From Chiloscyllium plagiosum (taxonomy: Eukaryota): a DNA stretch of 64,000 nt. Numbering within the stretch: the first letter of the stretch is position 1; every line of letters starts with the position of its first letter. The position numbers were made by a program, and so were the translations under genes. Below the pieces are notes generated by a model. It saw only the letters and a list, made by a program, of their open reading frames with translations, did no database searches and had not been told where the DNA came from. The stretch spans positions 32,982,290 through 33,046,289 of the forward strand of contig NC_057720.1 in assembly GCF_004010195.1 (NCBI RefSeq), in the 5' to 3' direction. Of the stretch, positions 1 to 11,974 are shown in pieces.

Positions 1-199
1 CGTCGACCATGTCGGGGGGGAAATTGCGGTCCTTGAAGAAGGAGGCCATCTGTGTTGTACGTATTTTGAACTGGTCCTCCTGGGAGCAGATGCGGCGGAG
101 ACGAAGGAATTGGGAGAATGGGATGGCGTTTTTACAGGGGGCAGGATGGGAGGAGGTGTAGTCCAGGTAGCTGTGGGAGTCGGTTGGTTTGTAGTAGAT
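1..199 (-). mobile_element. Penelope-like element (PLE) RT thumb fragment
   Basis: Minus strand translates as YYKPTDSHSYLDYTSSHPAPCKNAIPFSQFLRLRRICSQEDQF..., the typical PLE RT C-terminal region. Homologous to 35794-36263. Confidence 0.85.
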
Positions 200-998
200 T
201 TATCCAATTTTAAACGTTTCAAGACATCCAGCACTTCCTCCTCTGTAATCTGGACATTTTGCCAGATGTCACCATCTATTTCCCTCTAGTCCAAATCTTC
301 CATATCCTTTTCCACAGTAAATACTGATGCAAAATATTCATTTAGTATCTCCCCCATTTTCTGTGGTTCCACACAAAGGCCACCTTGCTGATCTTTGAGG
401 GGCCCTATTCGCTCCCTAGTTACCCTTTTGTCCTTAATATATTTGTAAAAACCCTTTGGATTCTCATTAATTCTATTTGCCAAAGCTATCTCATGTCCCC
501 ACTTTGCCCTCCTGATTTCCCTCTTAAGTATACTCCTACTTCCTTTATACTCTTCTAAGGATTCACTCGATCTATCCTGTCTGTACCTGACATATGCTTC
601 CTTCTTTTTCTTAACCAAACCGTCAATTTCTTTAGGAGAAAGTGAGGACAGCAGATGCTGGAGATCAGAGCTGAAAAATGTGTTGCTGGAAAAGCGCAGC
701 AGGTCAGGCAGCATATGCCCGAAAGGTTGATTCTCTTGCTCCTTGGATGCTGCCTGACCTGCTGCGCTTTTCCAGCAACACATTTTTCACCTCAATTTCT
801 TTAGTCATCCAGCACTCCCTATACCTACCAGCCTTCCCTTTCACCCTGACAGGAATATACTTTCTCTGGATTCTTGTTATCTCATTTCTGAAAGCTTCCC
901 ATTTTCCAGCCGTCCCTTTACCTGTGAACATCTGCCCCCAATCAGCTTTCGAAAGTTCTTGCCTAATACCGTCAAAATTGGCCTTTCTCCAATTTTAG
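200..998 (-). mobile_element. CR1-clade LINE ORF2 fragment (EN-RT linker), interrupted by a PLE-derived insert at 636-789
   Basis: Minus-strand ORFs read LKREIRRAKWGHEIALANRINENPKGFYKYIK...EILNEYFASVFT. Closely similar to the copy at 57590-58515. Confidence 0.85.
636..789. mobile_element. Short PLE-terminus-derived fold-back insertion with 13-bp TSD
   Basis: TSD tcaatttctttag at 623-635 and 792-804. Perfect 43-bp inverted repeat at 672-714 / 747-789. Partial hammerhead (gcccgaaa) in the spacer. The paralogous CR1 near 57970 shows the empty site. Confidence 0.85.
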
Positions 999-1019
999 AC
1001 ATGCTGACTTTGAGATGAG

Positions 1020-2580
1020 ATGTTAAACCAGGATTCTGTCTGCTTGTTTAAATACATGTAAAAGAACGTAGGATACCTTTCTGGTTTTGTTAGGTTTAAA
1101 AATGGGTCTGGATGACTTGTATCCCAAGCTGCTGTGAGAGGTGATGGAGGAAATTATAAGGACTCTCAGCAAATTTTTAATTCCTCTCTGGCCACAGGGG
1201 AGGTGCCAGAGGACTGGAGAACAGCTAATGTGGTTCCACTTTTCAAGAATAGTGATAGAGAGAAACCAGGAATTACAAACCAATGAGTCATATATCAGTG
1301 ATAGGAAACAATTTTGAGAAAATTCTAAGGGAGAGAATTAATCTCCACTTGGAGAGGCAACATTTGATCAAGAATAGTCAGCTAGAAGGAGGTTAAACTT
1401 AACACATGTGATTGAACGTTTCGCAGAGGTGGTCCGGTGTGAAAGTGAAGGAAGTACATTTGATGAGGTATGTGTGGATTTCAGCAAAGTGTTTGACAAG
1501 GTCCCGTGTGGGAGATTGATTTTTTTTAAACAAGTAATAAAAGCACATGGAATCCATGGTAACTTGACAAGTTGGTTCCATAATTGGCTTGGTGGTAGGA
1601 GACAGAAATGGTGATAAAGACTGATTGTGGGATTGGAGGCCGGTATCTAATGGAATATCACAGGGATCAGTGCTCAGTTCCATTGGGTCAAGATACATTA
1701 AAACAATATAAGAAAATGTGGGATGGGGTGATACATAACTTTGTAATGACACAAAAATTGGCCGAGTACTTGACGATGAGGAAGATAGTGTTAGGTTGCA
1801 GGAGGACAGATTGGTCAGATCAGTGGCAGGTGGAATTTAACCCTAAAAAGTGTGAGATGATGCACTTTGGAAGAAGCCAAGACAAAAGAGTACTCAAATG
1901 TACTAGGAAGCTCAGGGGAATAGAGAAATCTTGGGATCTTTGTCTGCAGATCCCTGAAGCCAACAAAATCGGTTAATAGTGTGGTTAAGAAGGCATCGGG
2001 ATACTGGACTTTATCAGCCATGCCATACATTGTAAGAACGGAGGTTATTATTGGAGCTGTGCTTTGGTAGCTAGTGTGCTGTGTGCTGTTCAGGTCACCA
2101 CACTACAGGAAAGAGGTGCTTGCACTGGAGAGAGTACAGAGGAAATTCACCAGGATGGTGCCTGGGTCAGGGTATATTAGCTGTGAAGAAAGGTGGGATA
2201 GGCTCAGGTTGTATTCTTTACAGCAATGAAGACCAAGGGGTGAACTGATCGAGGTGTATGGACAGGGTGGATAGAAAGCATCTATTCTCATTTGCTGAAG
2301 GGTCAAGAATAGGGGCATAATTTTACACTGAAGAGCAGGAGGTTTAGGGGAGATTTGAGGAGAATATTTTCATCCAGATAGTGATGGGGATCTAGGATGT
2401 ACTGCCTGGGAGGGTAGTAGATGTAGAAAACCTCCCAACCTTTAAAAGGAACATGGATGAGGACTTGAAGTGTCAAAATATTCAAGGTCCAAGAGATGGA
2501 AAGTTGATTAGCTCAGATAGGTGAGTGCAGGCACGGTGAGCCATAGGGGCTCTTCTATGCTGTATGACTGTGACTCTATA
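1020..2580 (+). mobile_element. Decayed CR1-clade LINE, 3' portion
   Basis: RT remnants VDFSKVFDKVP and QWQVEFNPKKCEMMHFGR. CR1-like 3' tail ctgtatgactgtgactctat. Confidence 0.8.
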
Positions 2581-2879
2581 TAGAAGTAAAGGAAGTTCTC
2601 CTGATGTCCCAGGCATCATTCTTCCCATAACTAATATCAAAAAAAGATGAACACCAATATATCAAAAACAAATAGTGTTTGATAAAATGGACTGAGTTAT
2701 TTGGTGAAGTAGCTTGGTTAATTTGTGGATGGAATTTTGAAAAGCTTTGATAAAGTACTGCATTATAGAAAATGGAAGAACATGAGGATCAAGGTCTGTA
2801 CCAGAATGAATACAGTAATGGGTAGGAGACAGAAATTGCAGCATATTTCCAGTAAGATGGGAGTGGAATAGACTTCTGA

Positions 2880-3600
2880 GCCCAGGGCTGATCTGGTTTG
2901 TCTGCCTTTTTGTTTCTTTTTTTTTCTACCTTTTCTTGTTTTTTTTTTCTCTCTGTCTTTAATTTTACTTACCTATTAGTGAAGAACTTGGTCATGGTGA
3001 CAGCATTGGTGGTGGACTCATGGTAGCGGTGTTTGAGAGAGTTTGGGTTCCCTGCATTGTCGAGGTAGTCCTAGCGCCAACTCATGGCTGCTGCAGCAGA
3101 GGCAAGTTTCAGTTCATGATGGCATCTGTATCCAGCACAGATTCCTGGAAGCAGGTTTGAGTCAAGTACGAGACCCAGCATTAGCAGGGGATGCATCGGC
3201 GAGGTAGGCCCAACGTAGATTCATGTGCTTGGCAGAGCCAAGTTTGGTACCCTGCAGCATCAGTGGTGTGTGCATTTGAGGTCTATTACGGACTCATAGT
3301 GGCGAGGGCGTTGGCGGAAGTGAAATGGCAGTGAAAGTTAGCGTTCCTTTGCGTTCCTAGCGAAGGTGGTGACACAGCAAAAGGGGCTTGTGCCTGGCCA
3401 GTATGCCCATGACTGAGTACTTAACAAGAAGGATTGTAAAGTTGGACATTTTCTTTATTTCTTCTTTTTTTTGCCTTTATGTTCTATGTTTTGGTTTATT
3501 TTTCTGTGTTTTAAGATGGTGCCAGAGAGTGGCAATACTATACAACACTCTTCACTGTATTTTGTAAGAGGATTTACATGACCATAAATAAATCAAACAT
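2880..3600 (+). repeat. Unclassified interspersed repeat with LINE-like 3' tail
   Basis: GC-richer block ending in ...catgaccataaataaatcaaa, which resembles a non-LTR retroposon tail. Family not identifiable by eye. Confidence 0.35.
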
Positions 3601-4591
3601 TTTGTTTTCAGACCAACGGAAGTTACATAAAGATGTACCTGAACTCAACATTGTTGCACTGCATACTTTTTTATAGATATTAATGATCTCGATGTGGATG
3701 TACTGGTGTCGTTTCATAGGTTGTAGGTGACACGTGCTGAAAATGTAATAAACTGTTAAAAGGCTAGTAACAAATTTCAGGAGGACAAAGTCAGATTTTG
3801 AAATGGGCAGAGATTGTAAGATGAAATTTAATGCAGAAAAATATGAAGCAATTCACTTTGGCAAAAATAATGAGGCAATATTAATAGGCGATATTAACTG
3901 AATTTTACAATTGTAAAGAGGTTGCAGGAACAGAGTAGTCTGGAGTGCGTATAAAGATTCAAGCATAAGTGTGGAACAAGAAAGGTGTGTTGAAACTTGA
4001 AAAATAACTATTTCAGCTTCTATAAGAGTATTGAGTCTAATTTTGGACACTACACTTAGGAAAGGTTTCAAGGTCTTGGAGAGGATTAAGGAGATTTACT
4101 TGAATGTTAACCAGGAATAAAGGGTCATGGAAGTTTTTTGGGTGAAAGTTAACTGCCAAATTTACAGACAAAACAACAGTATCTATAACCAAGAGTAATT
4201 CATTGGCAAACTAATCAACTTTGTCAGACGTGACTCGCCTTTTAACAAATATGTCTGGTTGTCAGATGAGTTATCAGTTAATTGGCTTTGGTTATATTAA
4301 GGGAAGAATGGTGCCTAGGAAATGAGGAGAATTCGGTTTTTGTAGATTAAATGTCATGAAATAACATGTAAGCCAACAGTCTGGACCTTGATTGTACATA
4401 TTATTTTGAAGACATCTCTGACAATGAGCACTGTGTGAAAGGAGCAATGAGAATTATGATTTGTCAAACTTCTGATTTTGCTTTGAAACGACCCAAATTG
4501 ATGAAAAATGTGAACAAAGTACAAGTTTGTTCTTTGAATTATATACTCCAGTGTGAAAAACCAATAACATCTGATCAGTTGCTTCTAGAAA

Positions 4592-4761
4592 GTTAAAAAT
4601 CACACAACGCCAGGTTATAGTCCAGCAGATTTATGTGGAAGCACCAGCTTTCGGAGCACTGCTCCTTCATCAGGACAGCCACCTTGAACTATAACCTGGT
4701 GTTGTGTGATTTTGTTTTTTAAATTTGTACACCCCAGTCCAACACCGGCATCTCCAAATCA
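4592..4761. mobile_element. Hammerhead-bearing short element, family B (fold-back copy)
   Basis: Minus strand reads ctgatga-a-ggagc-agt-gctcc-gaaa-gctg. Inverted arms (aaaatcacacaacgccaggttatagt / actataacctggtgttgtgtgatttt). Flanked by a 12-bp near-TSD tgcttctRgaaa at 4580-4591 and 4762-4773. Confidence 0.8.
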
Positions 4762-5117
4762 TGCTTCTGGAAAAATTGTGCATTTAAAAAACATTGATGC
4801 TTTGACATCATCCCTGTTAACTATACAGATTTTATAACTCTAACTTTATTTCAACTTGCTTTTGTTTTCTTCCTGTTCTGGACTGTACGCCTTCCCTAAA
4901 TGGTGACTATAATTAAAGATACAAAATTGGTGTTTGTTCCCATGGTTCTTGGAATAAGTGTCCAGAAAGTTGTTTTTTTTTATTTTTGCATTGAAACAAT
5001 ACATTCTATTGCATTTTAAGCCTTATTATACTTCTGAATTAATTTTCATCCTTTGTTTAAAAAAGGCAATCAAAAATGTTGTTTGCAGTTTGAATAATAC
5101 AGTCAACATACCTAAAG

Positions 5118-5211
5118 TCTCCTGCTCCTCGGGTGCTGCCTGACCAGCTGTACTTTTCCAGCACCACACTTTCGACTCTGATCTCCAGCATCTGCAGTCC
5201 TCACTTTCTCC
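5118..5211 (+). mobile_element. PLE-terminus-derived short element, family A (hammerhead core truncated)
   Basis: Matches the PLE 3' terminus at 36676-36770. Flanked by catacctaaa / cataccaaaa. Confidence 0.75.
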
Positions 5212-5364
5212 ATACCAAAAATCCTGTCAATTATCATTCTACATTTGAAAGATGTAGGATTTCCGAGAGGCAAAAGCAATGTATGAAACTATTATTTTAA
5301 ATGCTTGAACCATGCGTGAAGATTTGGACCTTGAAAACTTGTCTGCTGTCTGAGAAGAGCACAT

Positions 5365-5461
5365 GCTTCCTGATGAAGAGCTCAAGCTCGAAACATCAAC
5401 TCTCCTGCTCCTTGGATGTTGCCTGGCCAGCTGTGCTTTTCCAGCACTACACCTTTCAACT
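5365..5461 (+). ncRNA. Minimal hammerhead ribozyme motif in a family A element
   Basis: ctgatga (5370-76), a, gagc-tcaa-gctc stem II, gaaa (5390-93), catc, followed by the family A tail. Confidence 0.7.
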
Positions 5462-8400
5462 GCTGTCTGACAGTATTTTGTAAAGTGCAAGTAATTTCAA
5501 TTCTGCCCCTAATTAATTACGTTGGGAGCAACTTTAAGTGAGGAAGCAATAATACTGTATATGTAGTATATTGGATTGAGCACAATTTCCTTTTATTGCA
5601 TATTTATACTAATATACTAGATAAGTTGCAAGTCATAATAATTATGTTTGCACACAAACCTAAGAACAGATAATTCAAGAGTTACTTTTATGAAGGTTTC
5701 TGAGCAGGTCTAACTGTGATCTGCAAAGAAAAAGGCAAGATGGTATCTTCCGTAGGGGAAATAAGAAGGAATACACAAACTAACTTCCAAAACACTACTG
5801 TTGATGCATTTCAGTGGGCAGCAGCAGCGTGGCAAACTGCAGCATTATATTTCCTGTGCTTTGTGTGCTGTGGAAACAGTGTGCTCTTCACAATGAGCAG
5901 TAATTGTAATTCGTGTTTTGTTCCAGATGGAAAGCATCAACGCAAAACTGTGAAATGCAGTCTGAATTCTACAGTCTCAGCAGATTCATAGTAACGAATG
6001 AAGCTGCCTTTATGGAATATAAACGGGGTCATTTAGCATGATTGTTTGTGGCGAAATGCTGTCAGTTTGATTTGAGCATTCCCTGATTTCGGACTGGAGC
6101 AGCTGCATTTCAAAACACAAATTATGTTTGTACATTATTTCCTTTAAAACTGCAATGACCCATGATACATTAAAAATGTATTGCTGTAGGGTGTCAGATA
6201 AAAGGGCAGAATTCTGCAAAACAGAAAATTCATCTGCAATATCTTGTTCTAATTTTTAATGGTAAAACAACAAATCGTTATGTGAGGTTATTTTGAATTA
6301 CTTGGCAGGGGTGGCTGACAGATAAGTGCCTATTTCCAGGTTTTTATTTCTTGTCAAACCTTTCTCTACCTCATCCCCAAGTAAGTTTGACAATGAACCT
6401 TGAAGTTCAAGACAATATGATGCTTGGTGGACTACAATAGAGACACAAATCAAAAGTCTCAGTGATGCACTGACCATCAAGTGCTGTGAAAAGTTCTGTT
6501 TTATAACAGGCTTCAGTGGAAGTTGCACTAAGGTGCTGATTTTGTGGACCTATCTGCACTCAGGTGATTTAATATGTTCAGATTTGTATATGTGAGTTCT
6601 TGGTACATTTTCCCCGGGTTGGGAAACGATAGGAAATTGCTTGCTGACATACTTTTATTGACAGTATTGCATAAATGGAAAATCAGAATGATGTAGGTGG
6701 AGACACAAATTTGTACAGTCTCTGTCAAACTGCTGTAATAAAAAGCCTTTCTAATGGCTACATGAAACGTTCATAAATGAAGCACTGCATCTAGTGTAGC
6801 TTCCAGTTAAATATTGTGACACTCCGAAGTGGAGTGAACATTAGTATTGTGGGGAAAAGTTTGCAGATCCCAGCTACTTTAAAGATCTCCCTTCACAATC
6901 AGGTTATAAATTGTTTGTGGGGTAGGAAATTGAGTGTATGATCAAAAATTGAGACAGTGCAGTACCTTGGTATGGCAGATGCAAATATAGTCTGCAGTTT
7001 TCCCTCAGTGTGGCAGATACAAGGGGCAAACCTGCATATGGTTTACATGCCTTACAGGAGGTGAAATGGATGCAAACAGAAAAGGCAAGCCTTAAGAAAG
7101 CTTGCCAAATGATGTAGTATTCAACTGCACGACAAGTGTATCAATGTTGCTGGTGTGGGGCAGCTTATTGCATCTTCAATTCTGACCCTGCATGCATGCC
7201 CTTTGCCTGTTGAATTTAGTCAGCTCGGTTATGCTTTTGATGCCATTTTGTAGCAAAGCAGATGAAATAACTGACTCTGCCATTTGGTTTGTGCATCTGA
7301 GAGGAGCACATTAGTCACGTTGGCTAATAGTGCAGGTGACCCTATGTTAGATTGAAGGAGGTAATCTCTGTATGACAAATAATTTCTGGGTGCTATAGAA
7401 CCGGTTCCTCATTGAGCTTACCACTTAGTGTGTGACAGGGGATGCAGGTATGGCTGGTTCCTTTTAAAGTGAATGCAGACAATCCAGTTCTGTTGTTTAT
7501 TGATCTATTTGATCTGCGTTCTTTCATCTGGTACCGTTTGAGGCATGAACTACTGTGGTGAGATTGTTTTGATAGCACCCACTATTTTCCTCCAATGCTT
7601 ACTTGCAAATTGGCACTGCATTTGGTGTGGCTTCTTGTTAAAAGTTGTGATGCTTTGAAGTGGAGTGAACACTAGTATTGTGGGAAAAACTTTGCAGATC
7701 CCATCTGCTTTAAGGATTTTCCTGTTCTGCAGAACTCTTGGAAAGGCTTTCTGTACACCCAGTTCCTCTCTGATATTGGTAAGTCATTCTGCAGCTTTTC
7801 ATTTCACAAGCATGCTATTAATTCATGCTCTCATTTGGAAAAAAAAACAAAATGCTTTAAATATTTACTGGGAAAAACAGTGGTATTCTAAATATAACAC
7901 ATAAATTATTAAAATTAATTGACAAATTAATGTGCATTATTCAAAGACTTCATTCTAAACATTAACCCAAAAATAAAAAATGCTGCCTGGATAGATAAGC
8001 TGCTACTCATCCTGATAGGATGTGAACGTGGCTGAGACACAGCCCATAATAAATTATTGTTGGGTGCAGAAGTGCTTCCTACCTAATTTCCCAGTTTCTC
8101 TCCACCTAAATTATGCTGAGATTTCCAATAATCATGTCACTTATATAATGTGCCTTACTACACCTCTGATACAAAGAATAATAGTTAACTTCAAACAGGA
8201 GTGGTGGACTCCTGTTTGAAGCCAGATACATACTTTATTAATCAGGAGCAGAAAAATTTTAAGTTCACTTGTTCCTCTGTTAAGTGGCCAGCTGTATCTT
8301 ATTTTCAAGAAATCTATGGTATGTTGTATTGATATTTGTCGATTGCATTTCTTGCAGTCGCATGTTTTTCTTTCTTGGTAAACCTGTGGTGTTTATTGAA

Positions 8401-9149
8401 GATTGATCACCGTGAGTCAGGGGAAGATGCAGTGCTGCTAGCAAATAATAACAGTGGCACAAACTATACCTGGGATCTGAAAATTCGAAACCAAAAGTAA
8501 AGAGACAACTGATCACGTTTTGTTGGCTCATGCTTGACATAGCAATCAGTAGTTTGGCCCGCATTTTCTGTACTCCAGTTTGTGTAAACGTGTAACTTAT
8601 TTTGTTCATTTCCCTATGTCCCTTTTAGCTGTTACACGAGGAATATAAACAACCAAAATACTACTAAAATATGTTGCTTTTTCTTTCCACTATCAGTCAG
8701 TGAATGTTGAATGAACAATTTTTGCTTGTCCAGTTTTGACTCTGTTTAAGCCTGATTTCTGGAGTTGCTTCCTGGAATCTTTATTTCTTCAGACCTGGAA
8801 ACTCCCCAAATAATGAAATAAGTGGTTTCTTGTAATATTTTTGTAATAACATTGTAGCTTTGTAGAGGATTTAATAAGAGAATTTTCTTAATTATTGAGT
8901 TGGAACTATTTTGTCCATTTTTAAGCTGAAGGATTTAATTCATAGTGCCCAATTCTAAGTGCACCTGTAACCCTTCTTGACTACACTTGAGTGACTATTT
9001 TCAGAATGTCAGTCTTGACATTGAGAACCAACCTGCTTATTCAGTAGTGCATGTTATCATAGCTAACTTTGATCCTGTTCATTCTTGATGTCTACTAGTT
9101 CAGTTTTCCACTCAGGATTGTTGTATTCTTGCATTCAGGGCCAAGAATA

Positions 9150-9440
9150 AAAGTAAAATACTGCATAAGCTGGAAATCTGAAGCAAGTGTGCAATGCTGG
9201 AGAAACCCAACTGGTCAGGCAGCATCTGTGGAGAGAAACATGCAGTCTGAAGCAGAGTCACCCTAGACTCATGACATTTTTTTTTGGATTAGATTAAATT
9301 CCCTACAGTGCGGAAACGGGCCCTTCGGCCCAACAAATCCACACTGACCCTTCGAATAGTAACCCACCCATGAACACTGTTTCTGTCTCCACAGTTGCTG
9401 CCAAACCTGCTGAATTTCTCCAGAATTCTCTGCATTTGCT
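9150..9440. mobile_element. Older PLE-derived fold-back element with a nested HE1-like SINE 3' fragment (9288-9371, minus)
   Basis: caggcagcatctgtggagagaaa ... tttctgtctccacagttgctgcc inverted arms. Inserted SINE tail gattagattaaattccctacagtgcggaaacgggcc. Confidence 0.6.
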
Positions 9441-9476
9441 GCAAAAGCAGGAAGGCTGGATTAATAAACAGAATAT

Positions 9477-9773
9477 GGGTGGCACGCTGGCACAGTGGTT
9501 AGCACTGCTGCCTTTCAGTGCCAGAGACCCAGTTCAGTTCCAGCCTCCGGCAACTGTCTGTGTGGAGTTTGCACATTCTCCCCGTGTCTGCGTGGGATTC
9601 CTCCGGGTGCTCCGGTTTCCTCCCACAGTCCAAAAATTTGCAGGTTAGGTGAATTGGCCGGGATAATTGAAGGTGAAGGAATAAATGTAGGGGAATGGGT
9701 CTGGGTGGGTTGCTCTTCGAAGGGCCTGTTTCCACACTGTAAATAATCTAATCTAAACTAGTAATCTAATCTA
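9477..9773 (+). mobile_element. HE1-like tRNA-derived shark SINE
   Basis: tRNA-like head (ggcacgctggcacagtggttagcactgctgcc), conserved core tgtgtggagtttgcacattctccccgtgtctgcgtgg, (taatc)n tail. Confidence 0.85.
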
Positions 9774-10188
9774 GAAATTGCTAGAAAGGCTCAGCAGTTC
9801 TGGCAGCATCTTGTGGAGAGAAATAAGAGTTAATGTTTCAGGTGTAGTGACCCTTTTTCAAAACTGAGGTTGGGTTAAGTTTTTTTTTAACCCTGAGACA
9901 AAAGAGACTAAATGTGATGTTATTGCTTCCAAATGTCTCTACCTGTTTTTCTTGAAGCCACTCCTCAACAACTACCTCTCTAACCCTGCTTTTTCTCACC
10001 AGCATTCCCTTCTGGGTTTTTTTTTTTGCCTGCATGTTAAACCTTGTCTGATTACAGTCCCCTGAAGTGCCTTGTCTTTTTTTTTGGGTACTATACAATA
10101 AAAGTTGTTACTCTAACACCTCAGTCGACTTTTATCCTTCTCGTCAGGGAAGCTTTAGGACCAATTGTATACATTTTGCAACATTTAA

Positions 10189-10446
<258 letters not shown>

Positions 10447-10573
10447 TGAGCAAAGCCACTATTAAAGGAGGGCAGAATGTCATGCATGAGCTGTCCTACT
10501 ACTTTAATTCTTTGTAAGCTTTAATTTCAACCTGCTTTTGCTCGGAATTATGGCAATGTTTAAAAATATGATA

Positions 10574-10800
10574 CAATAGAACTCCCGCATCCACAGATTC
10601 GGTTTCCGTGATTTCAGTAATCCACGATTTACTGCGGCCTAAAAATAAATATTCCATGGAACATTCCAGAAATAATTCCAGGGGTCTGCTGGGGAGGTAC
10701 ATTTCCCATTTAAATGATAGTGTTTGCTACTATCCACAGTTTTGGGGCATCCACGGTAGGTCTTGGGATGTATCACCCACGGATAGGGGGGGGTCACCCG
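10574..10800. mobile_element. Tigger/pogo-type MITE (MER44/Tigger7-like)
   Basis: TA on both sides (10572-73, 10801-02). Imperfect TIRs. The 5' and 3' ends resemble my recollection of the MER44 consensus (...tggaacattccagaaataa...; ...ggcatccac...gtcttgg...cggataggggg). Confidence 0.65.
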
Positions 10801-11294
10801 TAATTAGTTTTTCTACACACAGGTCACATTCTGTTATCATTTTCAAGTAAAACATTGTGACCATGGCAGACTTTGCATTTAGCTCAAGAAAAACTGCACA
10901 AAAGTAGACATTTTATTGATTTGTTCATTTCACTTATTTTGGGAGCCTTTTCTTTTATTTCTGAAAAGCTGATCTCCCTCATCTTGTATCAAAGTACCTT
11001 TTACAGTTGACCTCTGTGTGAGAAAACTGAACAGCTATAAAGGTGACAGTAACAAAAGATATCAGTGCAGCAAGACTGCAATAACTACATTCCAAAACGA
11101 CAAACAGTGCAAAAACTATAAAAGGCTAATCTGGAAGCTTGTTCCAAGCAGTAATTCCTTGAGGTTTGACTTGTACTTGCAAGAATTGTCTTCAAGTGAA
11201 ACATAAATGTCATCCGTTCTCTAAGGAGGTTACTATATGTTATACTTCAGAAAGCCGTTTGGGAAGTATGGAACTAGAGATATAGGGACTCTTG

Positions 11295-11397
11295 TGATGT
11301 AGTGGTAGTATCTGTACCTATGAACCACGATTCAGTCTCTACCTGCATCAGAGTTGTGAAATAATATTCTTGAAAAGCCAGCTTAGGAAATATCTAG
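11295..11397 (+). mobile_element. Very short tRNA-derived SINE-like element
   Basis: gtagtggtagt head and ...aaatatcta end. A second copy at 12570-12668 interrupts a LINE. Confidence 0.45.
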
Positions 11398-11499
11398 AAC
11401 TACAGTTAAGGGTTATACACTTTTAAAAAAAAAAACATTTATTTACAGAAATTCTCACTATTGGCATATATTTCCAAATCCAAACCACAGTTTCACCAT

Positions 11500-11720
11500 G
11501 TTCACTGGACAGGTTTTCTAAGAGTACTATGGGATCTTGATCAACTAGGCCCATGGAATGAGAAATGGCAGATGGAGTTTAATTTAGATAAATGTGAGGT
11601 GTTGCACTTTGGTAAGACAAACCAATGCAGGACTTACCTGGTTAATGGTAGGGCTCTGGAGAGTGTTGTCAAACAGATCTAGGGGTGCAGGTACATGGTT
11701 CCTTGAAAGTGGAGTCACCT
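11500..11720 (+). mobile_element. CR1 RT fragment
   Basis: WQMEFNLDKCEVLHFGKTN motif. Confidence 0.8.
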
Positions 11721-11974
11721 GCCCTTTATAAGTACCAGTTGCCCAATGTCATTTGGATATATAAATGTGTGTGTAAAGTATGGTTTAACAAAAAGGAAAT
11801 GAAAATAAAATTAAATTGTTGGTAAATCCTCCTCAGAATTGTTACATCCAGAAAGTCCAGTAGAGAATAGGGAACTTGCACATTCTACTTTGATTATTGC
11901 TTAAGTCCATTCACTTGATTTGTTCTGGAGTTTGAATCACTTTTTAGGATTCAACCACAATTAAAGTTCATGTA

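Noticed and set aside
9495..9746. Recurrent ORFs such as MVSTAAFQ.../...GRKPEHPEETHADTGR (also at 14704, 41686, 57026, 58029)
   Set aside because: Chance translations of HE1-like SINE copies, not genes.
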